Shown here: piece after piece, positions 19,653 to 29,546 of the stretch
Layout: the number at the start of each line of letters is the position of its first letter
Numbering within the stretch: the stretch's first letter is position 1
Assembly (NCBI GenBank): GCA_002084875.1
Contig: NBMH01000045.1
Coordinates: 5,082 to 69,081, forward strand
DNA from: Anaerolineaceae bacterium 4572_78
GTDB lineage: Bacteria; Chloroflexota; Anaerolineae; 4572-78
Reading direction: 5' to 3'
Length of the DNA stretch: 64,000 nucleotides
The notes under the pieces: generated by a model
What the model was told of the DNA's origin: nothing
What the model saw: the letters and a program-made list of their open reading frames with translations, nothing else
The model's database searches: none
Program-made: the position numbers and the translations under genes

Positions 19653-19691
19653 AGCTTGCTTTGACATAAAAAAGCGAGCTTTTTCGCTCCA
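19641..19691. repeat. Family C/B composite repeat supplying the kinase stop codon
   Basis: agggctgtttAAAGCTTGCTTTGACATAAAAAAGCGAGCTTTTTCGCTCCA. Confidence 0.8.
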
Positions 19692-19738
19692 TGTTTTTTG
19701 TTTTAGCATTGAACAACTCTCCACCCCTAGCTCCTCGT

Positions 19739-20566
19739 CTACAATTCATTTAAGTTCACTGTTTCTAGTTGCCTAAAGTTAGCATAACGCATTTCATACA
19801 TCGGAACCATGTCTGCCAAACGTGTAACCTGATAAAAGCCATGTTGGGGTAGATTACGGGCATTAATCAAAGTTTGCAAAAGTCGTAAACCTGCTTTTGC
19901 TTTCGATAGCCGCTTGAGCCTAAATTCAGTTTTTGCTTGATATTTAGGGAATATGATTGATTTTAAGGGTGCAAAGTTAGGCTGATAAATTTGCCCAAAT
20001 TTGCTTGGGGGAATTAAAGAAGATATTGAGGTACTTAAAATATCAGCTTTATGTTTCTCAAAATCAAACAGGGTACTTAAAACAGGTTTGGCATGGGTTT
20101 TAACATTTAAGGGGCGAGTAAATCCATACGCCATAGAACTATCTAGGGGAATGAAAACCGCTTCATCCGTTAGATAGTCAAACCCTTGCCTTAGTAGCCA
20201 AATAGCCAACGTTGTTTTCCCTGCCCCACTACTACCAGGAAAAATGATGCTTTTGCCTTGTTTGACCACTCCTCCTGCATGGAGAAATAATCCTGCATGA
20301 CATTCGTATGCTAGTTGATAAAGTGCATCACCCAATAGCATGTTGCATAATTGGGCTTTGGAATTACCTTGATAAAGCAATTCCTCGTCTCGATAGGTAG
20401 TATATTCATTGTTTTGACATGTCATGTGATAAGTCACATGGGGAACAATTGCTAAATCGGTGGGGATATACTGGTATAAAAAATAAAGTAATTCCTTTAC
20501 CTGCGGAGTGTCATATTCAAATGCAAGGCTATTATTACCGAATGAAATACACATCTGCTCAGACAA
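19739..20566 (-). CDS. HprK-related P-loop kinase
   Basis: FLHAGGV, GSSGAGKTTL (Walker A), YLTDE. Confidence 0.85.
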   Translation of the reverse strand: MSEQMCISFGNNSLAFEYDTPQVKELLYFLYQYIPTDLAIVPHVTYHMTCQNNEYTTYRDEELLYQGNSKAQLCNMLLGDALYQLAYECHAGLFLHAGGVVKQGKSIIFPGSSGAGKTTLAIWLLRQGFDYLTDEAVFIPLDSSMAYGFTRPLNVKTHAKPVLSTLFDFEKHKADILSTSISSLIPPSKFGQIYQPNFAPLKSIIFPKYQAKTEFRLKRLSKAKAGLRLLQTLINARNLPQHGFYQVTRLADMVPMYEMRYANFRQLETVNLNEL

Positions 20567-20831
20567 ATTGAATGGCTCCCTGTTTTTGGAATTGTTCTAA
20601 CAAACTTTTCGTTTGCTCGATGATTGAATCAGTTGATTCTGGATAAGTATTGCTTAGCACTGTGATGATGTCTTGAACGGTACGCTTTCCGTCGCATAAT
20701 TGCCAAATAATTGAGGCGGTCTGATTGCAATATAGAATGTTACGTCGGGATAGGTGAAACAATAAAATTTCACCGTCCATGACTTCAAGGTAGTAGTCGG
20801 GTTGTTTTTTTGGAATTTGGGTTATGTTCAT
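20559..20831 (-). CDS. PqqD-family RiPP recognition element protein
   Basis: 90 aa; E.MDGEILLF, NQTASIIWQLCDGKRTVQDI...L. Confidence 0.9.
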   Translation of the reverse strand: MNITQIPKKQPDYYLEVMDGEILLFHLSRRNILYCNQTASIIWQLCDGKRTVQDIITVLSNTYPESTDSIIEQTKSLLEQFQKQGAIQFV

Positions 20832-20834
20832 AGA

Positions 20835-22001
20835 TTATTTAACCGATTGCTTTAATCGTCCCACTAATTTTAATGGATGTATCTGCCAGCGATACCATAA
20901 TTTAGCAAAAACAGACCGCCAACTAGCTATAGCAAAAATATAAAGAGGATGTTTAATCAAACGATATAAAAAAAGATATTGGGTCGTATCTAAACCGTAG
21001 TGTAATCGTAGCCACCATTCGGAAGGAAATAAGGTCGCTCGTAAAATTGGTTTATAGCCTTTATTTTCTTGGGGCTTAAAGGGAACACGGGGCCAGCCCG
21101 AAAATTCTTCGCCGATGCCCTGTGGTTTCGGACCAACTTTTATCGGGGCGGCTGATAATAATTGTGCTGACAATGGTGTAAAGCAATGAAATAAAGATAA
21201 CATATTTAATATCAAGGGATATTCCTTAGTGATATGTGTCCAATCAATATCCAAAGCAAATTTTTCAGCGATGCCGACAATATCAGCAACCCATATCAAA
21301 CGAATAGGCTCCCACACATTAGCATGGTAGGCAACATGTTGACATAAATGCCATAGCATATCTTCATAGCCCAGTGTATAAGCCGTCGTACCATCGATTG
21401 GAAATGATATTTGTGGGACAGTTAAATCATCAAACGTCATGGAAATTGGATAGTAGGCATCAAACAAATTATGATGAATTTCTACCGACACAGTCATCCC
21501 TTGCGACTGTCTGTCGGCGATGGGAAGATGTTTATCGGAATATAATTCGTTATTGGGTAATGGAGCATCAAATCCTAAATTGGCAAGTATTTGTTGTGCT
21601 TGCTTTGCTTCTGATTTTTTTACCAAAATATCCATATCTCGTTTTGGACGTAGATTTGGTTCGGGGTACAACAAATAGGATAACGCCATTCCTTTCAATA
21701 AAATTGCTCGAATGCCCGCTTGCTGAAAGGCGGAAAGAATTTCATGCAAAGATTCCGTTAAAATACGGTTTGCATGTTTATGCCGAAGATATAAAGCCTG
21801 TAACTCACGCCTAACATTATTGGGATGTTCTATTTTACCATCCTTCAAATAACGACAAACCAGTGGAGCCAAGCCTTGTTGTTCTGCAAGCAACGGGATG
21901 TCATCCCAAATTTCAACCTGTTTAGAAAATTCAAGCAATTGTTGATAATTTTCTTCTGTAAAATTTATTCGGCTACAAAGTGTTAGTAATTGAGTTGACA
22001 T
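20835..22001 (-). CDS. Nucleotidyltransferase family protein (NTP_transf_5-like)
   Basis: ILLKGMAL...YP....RPKRDMDILV, VEIHH, HLCQH, LIWVADI. Confidence 0.88.
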   Translation of the reverse strand: MSTQLLTLCSRINFTEENYQQLLEFSKQVEIWDDIPLLAEQQGLAPLVCRYLKDGKIEHPNNVRRELQALYLRHKHANRILTESLHEILSAFQQAGIRAILLKGMALSYLLYPEPNLRPKRDMDILVKKSEAKQAQQILANLGFDAPLPNNELYSDKHLPIADRQSQGMTVSVEIHHNLFDAYYPISMTFDDLTVPQISFPIDGTTAYTLGYEDMLWHLCQHVAYHANVWEPIRLIWVADIVGIAEKFALDIDWTHITKEYPLILNMLSLFHCFTPLSAQLLSAAPIKVGPKPQGIGEEFSGWPRVPFKPQENKGYKPILRATLFPSEWWLRLHYGLDTTQYLFLYRLIKHPLYIFAIASWRSVFAKLWYRWQIHPLKLVGRLKQSVK

Positions 22002-22193
22002 ACAAAGATATTTTCCATAGAAACTAAAATTCAAGGCGTTTCTTGAAAATTACCATAAAAATATGCGAATGTAAAATCGCAAGGAATAATTATTCATAAT
22101 AACGGTTATTTTATTGAGGTTTGCCTGTTTCATGGTCATGTGGTAAAATGCCTAAAATGATTATATATTTCTCTTTTCAGATGAGGAGATAGC

Positions 22194-22769
22194 ATGACAT
22201 TCAAAAAAATAACCGCTTTAATTCTCATAGTTATAGTTATGTCAAGCATAACGGCATGTTCCGATTATTTGCCTGAATTTTTAACGGATAATGTGGATGT
22301 AGAAAATGTGGAATACAGTCTTGAATATCAGCCTCCTTTCTCACCTGTTACATTTGTGATAGAGGATGGAGACATAAAAATAGTGAGTGGCTTGTCCCTT
22401 GTTACCCCAATTGGTCGATTCGGTTTGCAAGCAGATTATCCTATAGCTGAAACAAATCAAGTAACGTTGGTGATTCAAGACCGTACAAAGCAGACCAGCG
22501 ATGTTTATCATGTTTCGGTGGAGGATGATGTACGACTTTTAATCAGTGGTACATCAGAAATTATATTTCGGCATGGATCGTTAGTGATTGATGTTACTGG
22601 CGGGCAGGTTGAGGCGATTCGTTTTACCAATGACCCTACTGATAATCTTGCCGACTTACGAACTGATCAAGTAGCAGGTGTTTCGCAATCAAGGACTGCC
22701 AAATCCAAGCAAGTTTCCGTTTTTCAGATTGATGTAGATGAGGAAGGTAAAGTTGACATCCAAAAATAA
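22194..22769 (+). CDS. Hypothetical beta-rich lipoprotein
   Basis: Signal peptide with lipobox ITAC; GAGGAG RBS. Confidence 0.7.
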   Translation: MTFKKITALILIVIVMSSITACSDYLPEFLTDNVDVENVEYSLEYQPPFSPVTFVIEDGDIKIVSGLSLVTPIGRFGLQADYPIAETNQVTLVIQDRTKQTSDVYHVSVEDDVRLLISGTSEIIFRHGSLVIDVTGGQVEAIRFTNDPTDNLADLRTDQVAGVSQSRTAKSKQVSVFQIDVDEEGKVDIQK

Positions 22770-23571
22770 TTTCTCGATTTTTGTCAAACTATGTGCCATA
22801 TTGCTATTTATCATTGTGATACTTAGCATATCACATGAGAAACATGCCATAGCCTCACCGTCTTTTCAAGGAGATTCTTTGACCATTATCTCCTATCCTA
22901 ATGATGGTGAAGTGGTGCGAGGTATTGTTTCAGTGCGCGGCAGTGCAGTTCATCCCGCATTTAATCGCTATGAAATTCATTACACCAAAGAGCCTGTTGA
23001 ACGAAATGACCAGTGGATTCTTAACGTTACCGCTACTCAACCGATAATGAACGGTGAACTGGCAATTTGGGATACGACAAATTTGCCTGATGGATATTAT
23101 CGCTTAAGGTTGCGTGTTATATACGCCAATGGTAGCTATGGTGAAGAAGAACGAGAAAACATCGTTGTGGCAAACACCCTTGTGGCTGATACGCCAACAT
23201 CTATACCGATAGTAACTGAAACACCAACACCTGACATTATCGGTGTACTCCAAACTGCAACCCCTGTTCAACAACAAGGAACATCTACCCCAATTCCAGC
23301 TACCTCTACCATTATTATCGAAATGCCTGTCATGCCGCATGGCACAGCAACTTTGCGTCTCTTAACAATGACCTTTACATTGCCAACCCCTCGCCCCACG
23401 AATGAAGGGCTTCCAATTCCAGAAATAGTTATAGACACCGACCCGTTACGGTCGGGGTGCTTGTTGGGAGCAGGAGGGATGTTTGCTATTTTCATCTTGT
23501 TTGGGGTGCTTGCGGCTATTCGCATCCTTTTCATAGGATTTATCCAACAATGGAGATACTGGAGAAGGTAG
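22738..23571 (+). CDS. Exported Ig-like protein with Pro/Thr stalk and C-terminal TM anchor
   Basis: N-terminal hydrophobic helix, I.YP.DGEVV.G.V.V.GSA, WDTT.LPDG.Y.LRL, PT-rich linker, TM plus basic tail. Confidence 0.75.
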   Translation: MRKVKLTSKNNFSIFVKLCAILLFIIVILSISHEKHAIASPSFQGDSLTIISYPNDGEVVRGIVSVRGSAVHPAFNRYEIHYTKEPVERNDQWILNVTATQPIMNGELAIWDTTNLPDGYYRLRLRVIYANGSYGEEERENIVVANTLVADTPTSIPIVTETPTPDIIGVLQTATPVQQQGTSTPIPATSTIIIEMPVMPHGTATLRLLTMTFTLPTPRPTNEGLPIPEIVIDTDPLRSGCLLGAGGMFAIFILFGVLAAIRILFIGFIQQWRYWRR

Positions 23572-23572
23572 T

Positions 23573-24034
23573 ATGCCAATTTCATTCAAGTGGTTCGGTC
23601 GCTCTAAAGCCGTGGCACCTGTTGAATGGTTATTTGTTGGGTTAGGTAATCCAGGCAAAAAATATGCCCAAACACGCCATAACGCAGGTTTCCATGTGGT
23701 GAATAGATTTGTCCAATCAGAAAACCTGTCATTTGATGAACATCGAAGTGATGGCTTATTAGCACGCGGTATCGTCGCTGATGTGCCGATTGGTATACTT
23801 AAACCACTAACGTACATGAATCTAAGTGGTAAATCTGTGGCACCAGTTGCTCGATTTTATAAAGTCCCAATAGATAAAATCGTGGTGATTTTGTCACCCA
23901 CAGCTCATGTGTTACAAGAATTTTCAAAAGCAGAATGGGAATTAATGACACATACTTATGATAAAGCACAACAGACTATTCTGGCTATCATTCAACATGG
24001 GATTGAGTATGCCATGAATAATTTTAATTGTTAA
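23573..24034 (+). pseudogene. pth: Peptidyl-tRNA hydrolase with an in-frame internal deletion
   Basis: VGLGNPG..Y..TRHNAGF, KPLTYMNLSG, AMNNFN present; the HDDLD..GGHNG..RLRIGIG segment is absent at about 23890. Confidence 0.8.
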
Positions 24035-24050
24035 ACAACAGTAGGAAAAC

Positions 24051-24470
24051 ATGAAAAAAATATTAAAAAAAGCATGTGGTGCCGTTATTTTTCGGCGAGA
24101 AAATAATCAAATTCTTTACTTAACTGTTTTGTACAAAAGTGGACTTGACTATTGGGGTTTAGTCAAGGGACATGTTGAATCTGGTGAAACAGAACACGAA
24201 ACAGCCAAACGTGAAATTGCCGAAGAAGTTGGGCTGACCAATCTTACATTTTACGACGGCTTTCGCATAGAAGGCAAATATAATCCAACCCCTAATATTA
24301 AGAAATTAGTTGTCTTTTTCTTGGCAGAAGCACATACTGCTAAAATCACTTTACAATTATCGGAGCAAGTAGACTACCGCTGGTTGCCTTTTGAAGACAT
24401 GATGAAACAACTAAAATATAAGCAAAATCGGAAGTTTGTTCGAAAGGCGGATGCGTTTCTGAAAGAATAA
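24051..24470 (+). CDS. NUDIX hydrolase (Ap4A hydrolase-like)
   Basis: Nudix box KGHVESGETEHETAKREIAEEVGL. Confidence 0.9.
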   Translation: MKKILKKACGAVIFRRENNQILYLTVLYKSGLDYWGLVKGHVESGETEHETAKREIAEEVGLTNLTFYDGFRIEGKYNPTPNIKKLVVFFLAEAHTAKITLQLSEQVDYRWLPFEDMMKQLKYKQNRKFVRKADAFLKE

Positions 24471-25161
24471 AAAAAATAGGTGGCAGGGGGGAGGGCACCC
24501 CCCGGAGGGGGCGGGCTCCATGTGAGGCAGTTTTAGTAAGCCACTCAATTTGCAAGTCAATGGTTTCGTCAGACGTTAAATGCCAATCAATATCAGAATT
24601 TCTAAGCCGATGGGTCAGATGAAATAAACAAATAGCGGCACAGACGGAAATATTCAAGCTCTGCGTAAAACCCCACATGGGAATCGTTAGCCATACGTCT
24701 GCCATAGCATGCACTTCTTCACTCAGACCAGGCTTTTCCCCACCAAAACATAGGGCAATTTTTTGTCTAAGGTCAAGTTCATGGATAGAAATACTGTCAT
24801 CGCGAAGCGTTGTAGCTACAATTTGATAACCATCGTTTTTTAAGTCCGTTAAACACGTAGCTACATTGTTCTCATCGGTATGACAATACTTTTTAAGATT
24901 AATCCATTTGGATGCACCCAAAACAATATCAGGGTTGACACGGTAAGCATGCTCCTTTTCGATGATGTGAATATCTTGAATCCCAAAACATTCGCATGAA
25001 CGAATAACCGCACTAGCATTATGCGGTTGGTATATGTTTTCTAACACAGTGCATACATGACGAGTCCGTTCCATCAGAGTCTGGTCAATCAGACTCCGTT
25101 TGCGTTCAGTGACAAAATTAGAAAGGTAATCAATTAGTTTTAGTTTTAGTTCGGTTTTCAT
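24346..25161 (-). CDS. trmH: tRNA G18 2'-O-methyltransferase-like (TrmH) with aberrant extended C-terminus
   Basis: VLENIYQPHNASAVIRSCECFG, GASKW, FGGEKPGLS, IPMWGFTQSLNISV; tail runs through a GC-rich repeat and overlaps the NUDIX gene by 125 nt. Confidence 0.8.
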   Translation of the reverse strand: MKTELKLKLIDYLSNFVTERKRSLIDQTLMERTRHVCTVLENIYQPHNASAVIRSCECFGIQDIHIIEKEHAYRVNPDIVLGASKWINLKKYCHTDENNVATCLTDLKNDGYQIVATTLRDDSISIHELDLRQKIALCFGGEKPGLSEEVHAMADVWLTIPMWGFTQSLNISVCAAICLFHLTHRLRNSDIDWHLTSDETIDLQIEWLTKTASHGARPLRGVPSPLPPIFFILSETHPPFEQTSDFAYILVVSSCLQKATSGSLLAPIIVK

Positions 25162-25200
25162 ATTTATATTTGCTAAGGGTAAGAATTGTAATTTTAAACC

Positions 25201-25322
25201 CTACACGATGATAAGACATGTGTCCCATATTCCTACATGTTCTACCTGAAAAAAATAGCATTGAACAGCCCTGAATTGTAGGGGCGTACTATTCAACAGC
25301 CCTGAGAATTGTAGGGGCGTGT
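25201..25322. repeat. Composite family C repeat overlapping the metG 3' end
   Basis: Near-identical to 12911-13000; second unit aacagccctgagaattgtaggggcgt encodes the last metG codons. Confidence 0.85.
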
Positions 25323-27031
25323 TTTTGTAAAGGCTGTCCTGCTGATAACTGACTTGGTTGCCATTTTCCAATAACATCACTGGCATCATAACTAAGAATC
25401 ACATGAGAACTGTTTGCTTCTGCAACTGTTTCTTTATGCAATGTGCCAAATAATTGTCCTTCGTAACCGAGTAACTCATGCAGTGTTTGGCATGTAAACG
25501 GTAGGAATGGAGCCAAAAGTATCTTCAAACTATCAATAACTTTTAAGGCAACATAAATTGTCGTACCAGATAAATCTTTATCGGTCTTAAACGTTTTCCA
25601 AGGAGCCTTGTGGTCAAAATAAACATTAGTTGCTCTGGCAAGGGCAAAGGCGGCTTCTTGAGCGGCTCTTAATTTTGTTGATTCGATTAGCTGTCCAACT
25701 GCGACAAAGGCGGCTTCTGCTTTTGCGAGGATTTCTTTATCCATTTCATCAAATTTAGCAGGCAAAGGTACTTGTTTATCAAATCGCTTGTAAGCAAAAC
25801 CCAAAACACGATTAACCAGATTTCCCCATGTGGCGACCAATTCGTTATTATTTCGACGCACAAACTCGGCAAAACTAAAATCCGTATCGCGGCTTTCAGG
25901 TGCGATAGCGTTTAAGCAATAACGTATTGGGTCGGGGTCATAACGCTCTAACATGTCATGTGTCCATACAGCATAATTGCGACTAGTACTTAACTGAGTG
26001 CCTTCCATTGTCAAGTATTCGTTAGAAACGACATTAAATGGTAAATTTAACCGTTTATTTTTGGAATCATCCTCAAGATACAATTGTCTATCGAGTGAGA
26101 TAAGTTCGGCGGGCCAGATAACCGAATGAAAAGGAATATTATCTTTGCCCATGAAGTAAAACGTTTTTGCTTTGGGATGATACCACCAGTCATGCCATGC
26201 TTTGGGTGTTCCTTGATTTTCTGCCCATTCAATGCAAGCGGTTAAATAGCCCATGACAGCCTCAGCCCAGACATAAAGTCTCTTATTTTCGTAGCCTTTG
26301 ACAGGGATATGTACCCCCCATTTAATATCACGTGTGATAGGACGACCTTTTAAGCCTTGCTCGACATAACTTCGACTGAAATTAATCACATTTGGTCGCC
26401 AAAATTCTTTATCATCATTAAGATAAGCGGCGATGTCATTTTCAAGTTTTGCCAGGTCAAGAAAGTAATGTTCTGTCTCGCGTAATTCTAAAGTAGAGTC
26501 ATCGTTTGTAGCATGCGGCTCAATCAAATCTATGGGGTCAAGTAGAGTGCCGCAATTATCGCATTGGTCGCCACGTGCCGATTCATAATCACATTTGGGG
26601 CATGTCCCCTCAATATATCTATCAGGTAAAAACCGTTGTTGACCAAGCGAGTAATATTGTTGTTGTACTTCTTTGTACAAATAACCATTTTCAAGCCATC
26701 TCTTAAACATGTCTTGAGCAATCATATGATGACTTTCGGTATCGGTATGGGTGAACATGTCATAGCTAATGCCAATATTGATGAAGGTATCCAAAAATCG
26801 AAGGTGATACCGTTCAAAAACATCTTTGGGACTGATACCTTCCGCATCTGCTTTGACAGTAATCGGTGTGCCATGTGTATCTGAGCCTGAAACCATCAGC
26901 ACTTTATTTCCTTTCAGGCGGTGATAGCGGGCAAAAATATCGGCGGGGATAAAATTCCCTGCCATGTGACCGAGATGTTGGTCACCATTAGCATAAGGCC
27001 ATGCTGTGCAAACTAGAATATGTTCTGACAT
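25289..27031 (-). CDS. metG: Methionine--tRNA ligase
   Basis: AWPYANG..HLGH (HIGH), SGSDTHG, CxxC..CxxC zinc knuckle, GKDNIPFH, QLSTS (KMSKS), LAPFLP. Confidence 0.96.
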   Translation of the reverse strand: MSEHILVCTAWPYANGDQHLGHMAGNFIPADIFARYHRLKGNKVLMVSGSDTHGTPITVKADAEGISPKDVFERYHLRFLDTFINIGISYDMFTHTDTESHHMIAQDMFKRWLENGYLYKEVQQQYYSLGQQRFLPDRYIEGTCPKCDYESARGDQCDNCGTLLDPIDLIEPHATNDDSTLELRETEHYFLDLAKLENDIAAYLNDDKEFWRPNVINFSRSYVEQGLKGRPITRDIKWGVHIPVKGYENKRLYVWAEAVMGYLTACIEWAENQGTPKAWHDWWYHPKAKTFYFMGKDNIPFHSVIWPAELISLDRQLYLEDDSKNKRLNLPFNVVSNEYLTMEGTQLSTSRNYAVWTHDMLERYDPDPIRYCLNAIAPESRDTDFSFAEFVRRNNNELVATWGNLVNRVLGFAYKRFDKQVPLPAKFDEMDKEILAKAEAAFVAVGQLIESTKLRAAQEAAFALARATNVYFDHKAPWKTFKTDKDLSGTTIYVALKVIDSLKILLAPFLPFTCQTLHELLGYEGQLFGTLHKETVAEANSSHVILSYDASDVIGKWQPSQLSAGQPLQKHAPTILRAVE

Positions 27032-27216
27032 TGTCAGACCCCCAACTGTAAAAGTCTCATAAACCTGTCAGGTCTGGATCCAGGTAGCAGGTGTTTCAGA
27101 ACCTTGATTGCAAAACTATGACAATGATTCTCTACAACCTAAATCACAATTTGTTTAGGGCTACCAACTTTTGCTTGGGTCTTAGCTGTTGGAAACTCCC
27201 GATTTCTAGTCGCGTG

Positions 27217-28233
27217 TTACTGACTCGTACGCTGAATGCCAAATTCAAGTTTTGGTGGTATAGCTAAATTAAATCGAGTCAGCATGTATTGAAGCGTGAC
27301 CGCTTCCGTACTTTGCTCCGCATTTTCATCCCCAGCCGCCCGTAAGGCAAGTTCCATGTGGGCTTTAGTTTCCTTAGCCCACAGTAACACCAGTGCTTCT
27401 TGTGGCAATACCGCTAATGAAGTCACCTTAGGAACATCAGGTGTTGGTGTGGGAGGAGGTTGTCCTTCTTCAACTGGTTCAGGTTCAGGTTCAGGCATTT
27501 CTAGCCATGGTCCGACACGAATGACCTTCGCTCTTTGAACAGTAATTTGGGTGGCACGACGAGCCCGTTGACGTTCGGAAGGATAAACAATACTTGGAAA
27601 GTCCTCATCCTCAATAATGAGTCGTCCTTCTTCTGTGTACAGTGTTGTTTGTATAGTTCCGTCAACATCTTCTGAAAGAAACGAACTTAAGTTAGGTAAA
27701 ATGGTTTGAAATTCAGGGTCAATATCCACAAACGAAATGCTAATTAAAACATCAACCACATCACCAGGTTTAATAGCATAAGCTACACTACTTGTCATGT
27801 TAATAGGAAAAGCAACCATAACATGACCAGGTGGAATCAGAAAGGCGGCATCTTCTTCAAGGGTTCCCCTACCCCCAAGATAACTCTCATAGATGACAGC
27901 ACCTTGTGGTATTTCAACTATTGCGATTTTATTCACGGTCTCATTCTTACGAGTCAACACATCTGTATCATCAGGAAATTGCCGAGCATCTCTCTCTTCG
28001 GTTTGGAGAGCATCGAAAGGAAGGGAACTTCCCCGTGGAATTGGTTGACGAGCAACAAGTACTTCTCTCATTGGTATTTCTTCGTCTTCGGATGGTAATT
28101 CTACTGGTATTTCCTCTGGTTGAGACATGTAATAATAAATCCCTCCCGCTATACCTATTACTACTAAAAGTAAGACTATTCCACCAACTATAAATAATCG
28201 TTGCCGTTGTTGTCTTTGTCTTGGTTCTTGCAT
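27217..28233 (-). CDS. cpaB: Flp pilus assembly protein CpaB/RcpC
   Basis: N-terminal TM, SAF domain (VLVARQPIPRG), IPPGHV.VA, IKPGDVVDVL, LALRA. Confidence 0.85.
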   Translation of the reverse strand: MQEPRQRQQRQRLFIVGGIVLLLVVIGIAGGIYYYMSQPEEIPVELPSEDEEIPMREVLVARQPIPRGSSLPFDALQTEERDARQFPDDTDVLTRKNETVNKIAIVEIPQGAVIYESYLGGRGTLEEDAAFLIPPGHVMVAFPINMTSSVAYAIKPGDVVDVLISISFVDIDPEFQTILPNLSSFLSEDVDGTIQTTLYTEEGRLIIEDEDFPSIVYPSERQRARRATQITVQRAKVIRVGPWLEMPEPEPEPVEEGQPPPTPTPDVPKVTSLAVLPQEALVLLWAKETKAHMELALRAAGDENAEQSTEAVTLQYMLTRFNLAIPPKLEFGIQRTSQ

Positions 28234-28319
28234 ATTTTTCCTCTAATTTAAAATAGCGTGTAACAAAAAATTAAAGTCGTTTTGAAAACAGAGTCGTAAA
28301 CAAAAGTGATAAATCTTAT

Positions 28320-28399
28320 TCTGGCGGCTGAAGCTAATCAACCTGTGCTTGCTCACGCAATCGCTCTCTCGATGCCGTTAGACTCGGTGGGCAGTTGAC
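28320..28399 (-). ncRNA. Truncated omega-RNA/HEARO-like (IS200/IS605 IscB-type left end) fragment
   Basis: Minus strand GTCAACTGCCCACCGA..hairpin..CAGGTTGATTAGCTTCAGCC; related copy at 43811; resembles the recalled GTCAACTACCC...GTTGATTAGC 5' scaffold. Confidence 0.5.
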
Positions 28400-28409
28400 A
28401 GTTACTTTA

Positions 28410-28445
28410 GTTTGATTCTCCTAGTTCGTTTGATTCTCCTAGTTC
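28410..28445. repeat. 18-bp perfect tandem duplication
   Basis: GTTTGATTCTCCTAGTTC x2. Confidence 0.9.
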
Positions 28446-28462
28446 ACAACTCATTCACCATT

Positions 28463-28491
28463 ATTATAACACAAACAAAAATTTTACGCAA
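28463..28491 (-). promoter_or_regulatory. sigma70-type promoter toward cpaB
   Basis: Minus strand TTGCGT-17 nt-TATAAT with TG extension. Confidence 0.65.
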
Positions 28492-28585
28492 CCAAACAAC
28501 TTATTTTATCGTATTTACTGTATAACTTATTATTGGAATCGCAAAGTTAGTTTTGTCATTCTAATTTTTCATGGGAGTAAAATTT

Positions 28586-29161
28586 ATGGACAAACAAGAA
28601 AAATCAAGTTCCATTGTCAGGTCACATGTTATTTATTCAATGGGAGCTGGGCTTGTCCCCATCCCATTTGCCGATATCGCCGCTGTAACAGCAATTCAAA
28701 TAGATATGCTTACCCAATTAGCAACTCACTACGATGTGAAATTATCAGTTATTGATTTACCTACAATTATATCAGCTTTAACAGGTAGTAGCCTTGCCAA
28801 AATTGGCTCATCATTTGTGAAAGCTATACCAGGTATTGGCCCTGTTGTGGGTGGATTATCTATGTCTATTTTATCAGGTGCATCCACTTATGCTGTTGCT
28901 CAAGTAGCCATTAATCAATTTGCAGTCGGTAAAGATTTTTCCGATATGGATATGGGCTCTGCTAAGCGAATGTATAACGATGCGTTTGAGCAAGGTAAAC
29001 AATATGCTTTCAATCTTGAACATGAGAACAAAGACCAAGAAAAACCAAAAAAAGAAGACATATTTGCCAAACTAGAAAAGTTAGGTGAGTTGCGTGACAA
29101 AGAGTTAATTACCGATGACGAATTTAAGCTACAAAAACAGAAACTATTAGAACGGTTGTAG
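28586..29161 (+). CDS. YcjF/DUF697-like protein with C-terminal SHOCT domain
   Basis: GLVPIPFADIAAVTAIQ.DM, KAIPGIG, GASTYA; LEKLGELRDKELITDDEFKLQKQKLL (SHOCT). Confidence 0.8.
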   Translation: MDKQEKSSSIVRSHVIYSMGAGLVPIPFADIAAVTAIQIDMLTQLATHYDVKLSVIDLPTIISALTGSSLAKIGSSFVKAIPGIGPVVGGLSMSILSGASTYAVAQVAINQFAVGKDFSDMDMGSAKRMYNDAFEQGKQYAFNLEHENKDQEKPKKEDIFAKLEKLGELRDKELITDDEFKLQKQKLLERL

Positions 29162-29258
29162 TAAGCACCTAAGCATAAGTTTTTGTGCTTTTTTGTAGCA
29201 AGGTAGGTAAAGTCACAATTTCATAAAGATATCTTACTTGGTAGCTTTGACGCTCCAA

Positions 29259-29290
29259 TAGTAGGGGCGTATGGCCATACGCCCCTACTA
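29259..29290. repeat. Family C GTAG-type 32-bp perfect palindrome
   Basis: TAGTAGGGGCGTATGGCCATACGCCCCTACTA. Confidence 0.9.
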
Positions 29291-29546
29291 CTAGCATTGA
29301 ACAACAACCCTACCCTAACGGATGATGAGATTAAGATTGTTATGAGCTAAGTAACCACAATTTCCAATTGCGAGGAGCCACTTATTGAAAATCATGGCTA
29401 CTGAAACTTAACATAAGATTCGCAAAGTAATCTGTTTTGTGGTATAGTTGAGAAGTATTGTTTAGATATTACGAAGTTCGCATCTCAATTCGGACAGTTC
29501 CGATTGAAATAGGGACTCCAAAATACACAACTTATAATATAAGACA

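Noticed and set aside
19739-22190. Complete lasso peptide or PQQ biosynthetic cluster
   Set aside because: No cyclase, B2 protease, radical SAM gene or precursor visible
27032-27216. SAM riboswitch or T-box upstream of metG
   Set aside because: No SAM-I core or T-box motif recognisable; contains a partial family A repeat
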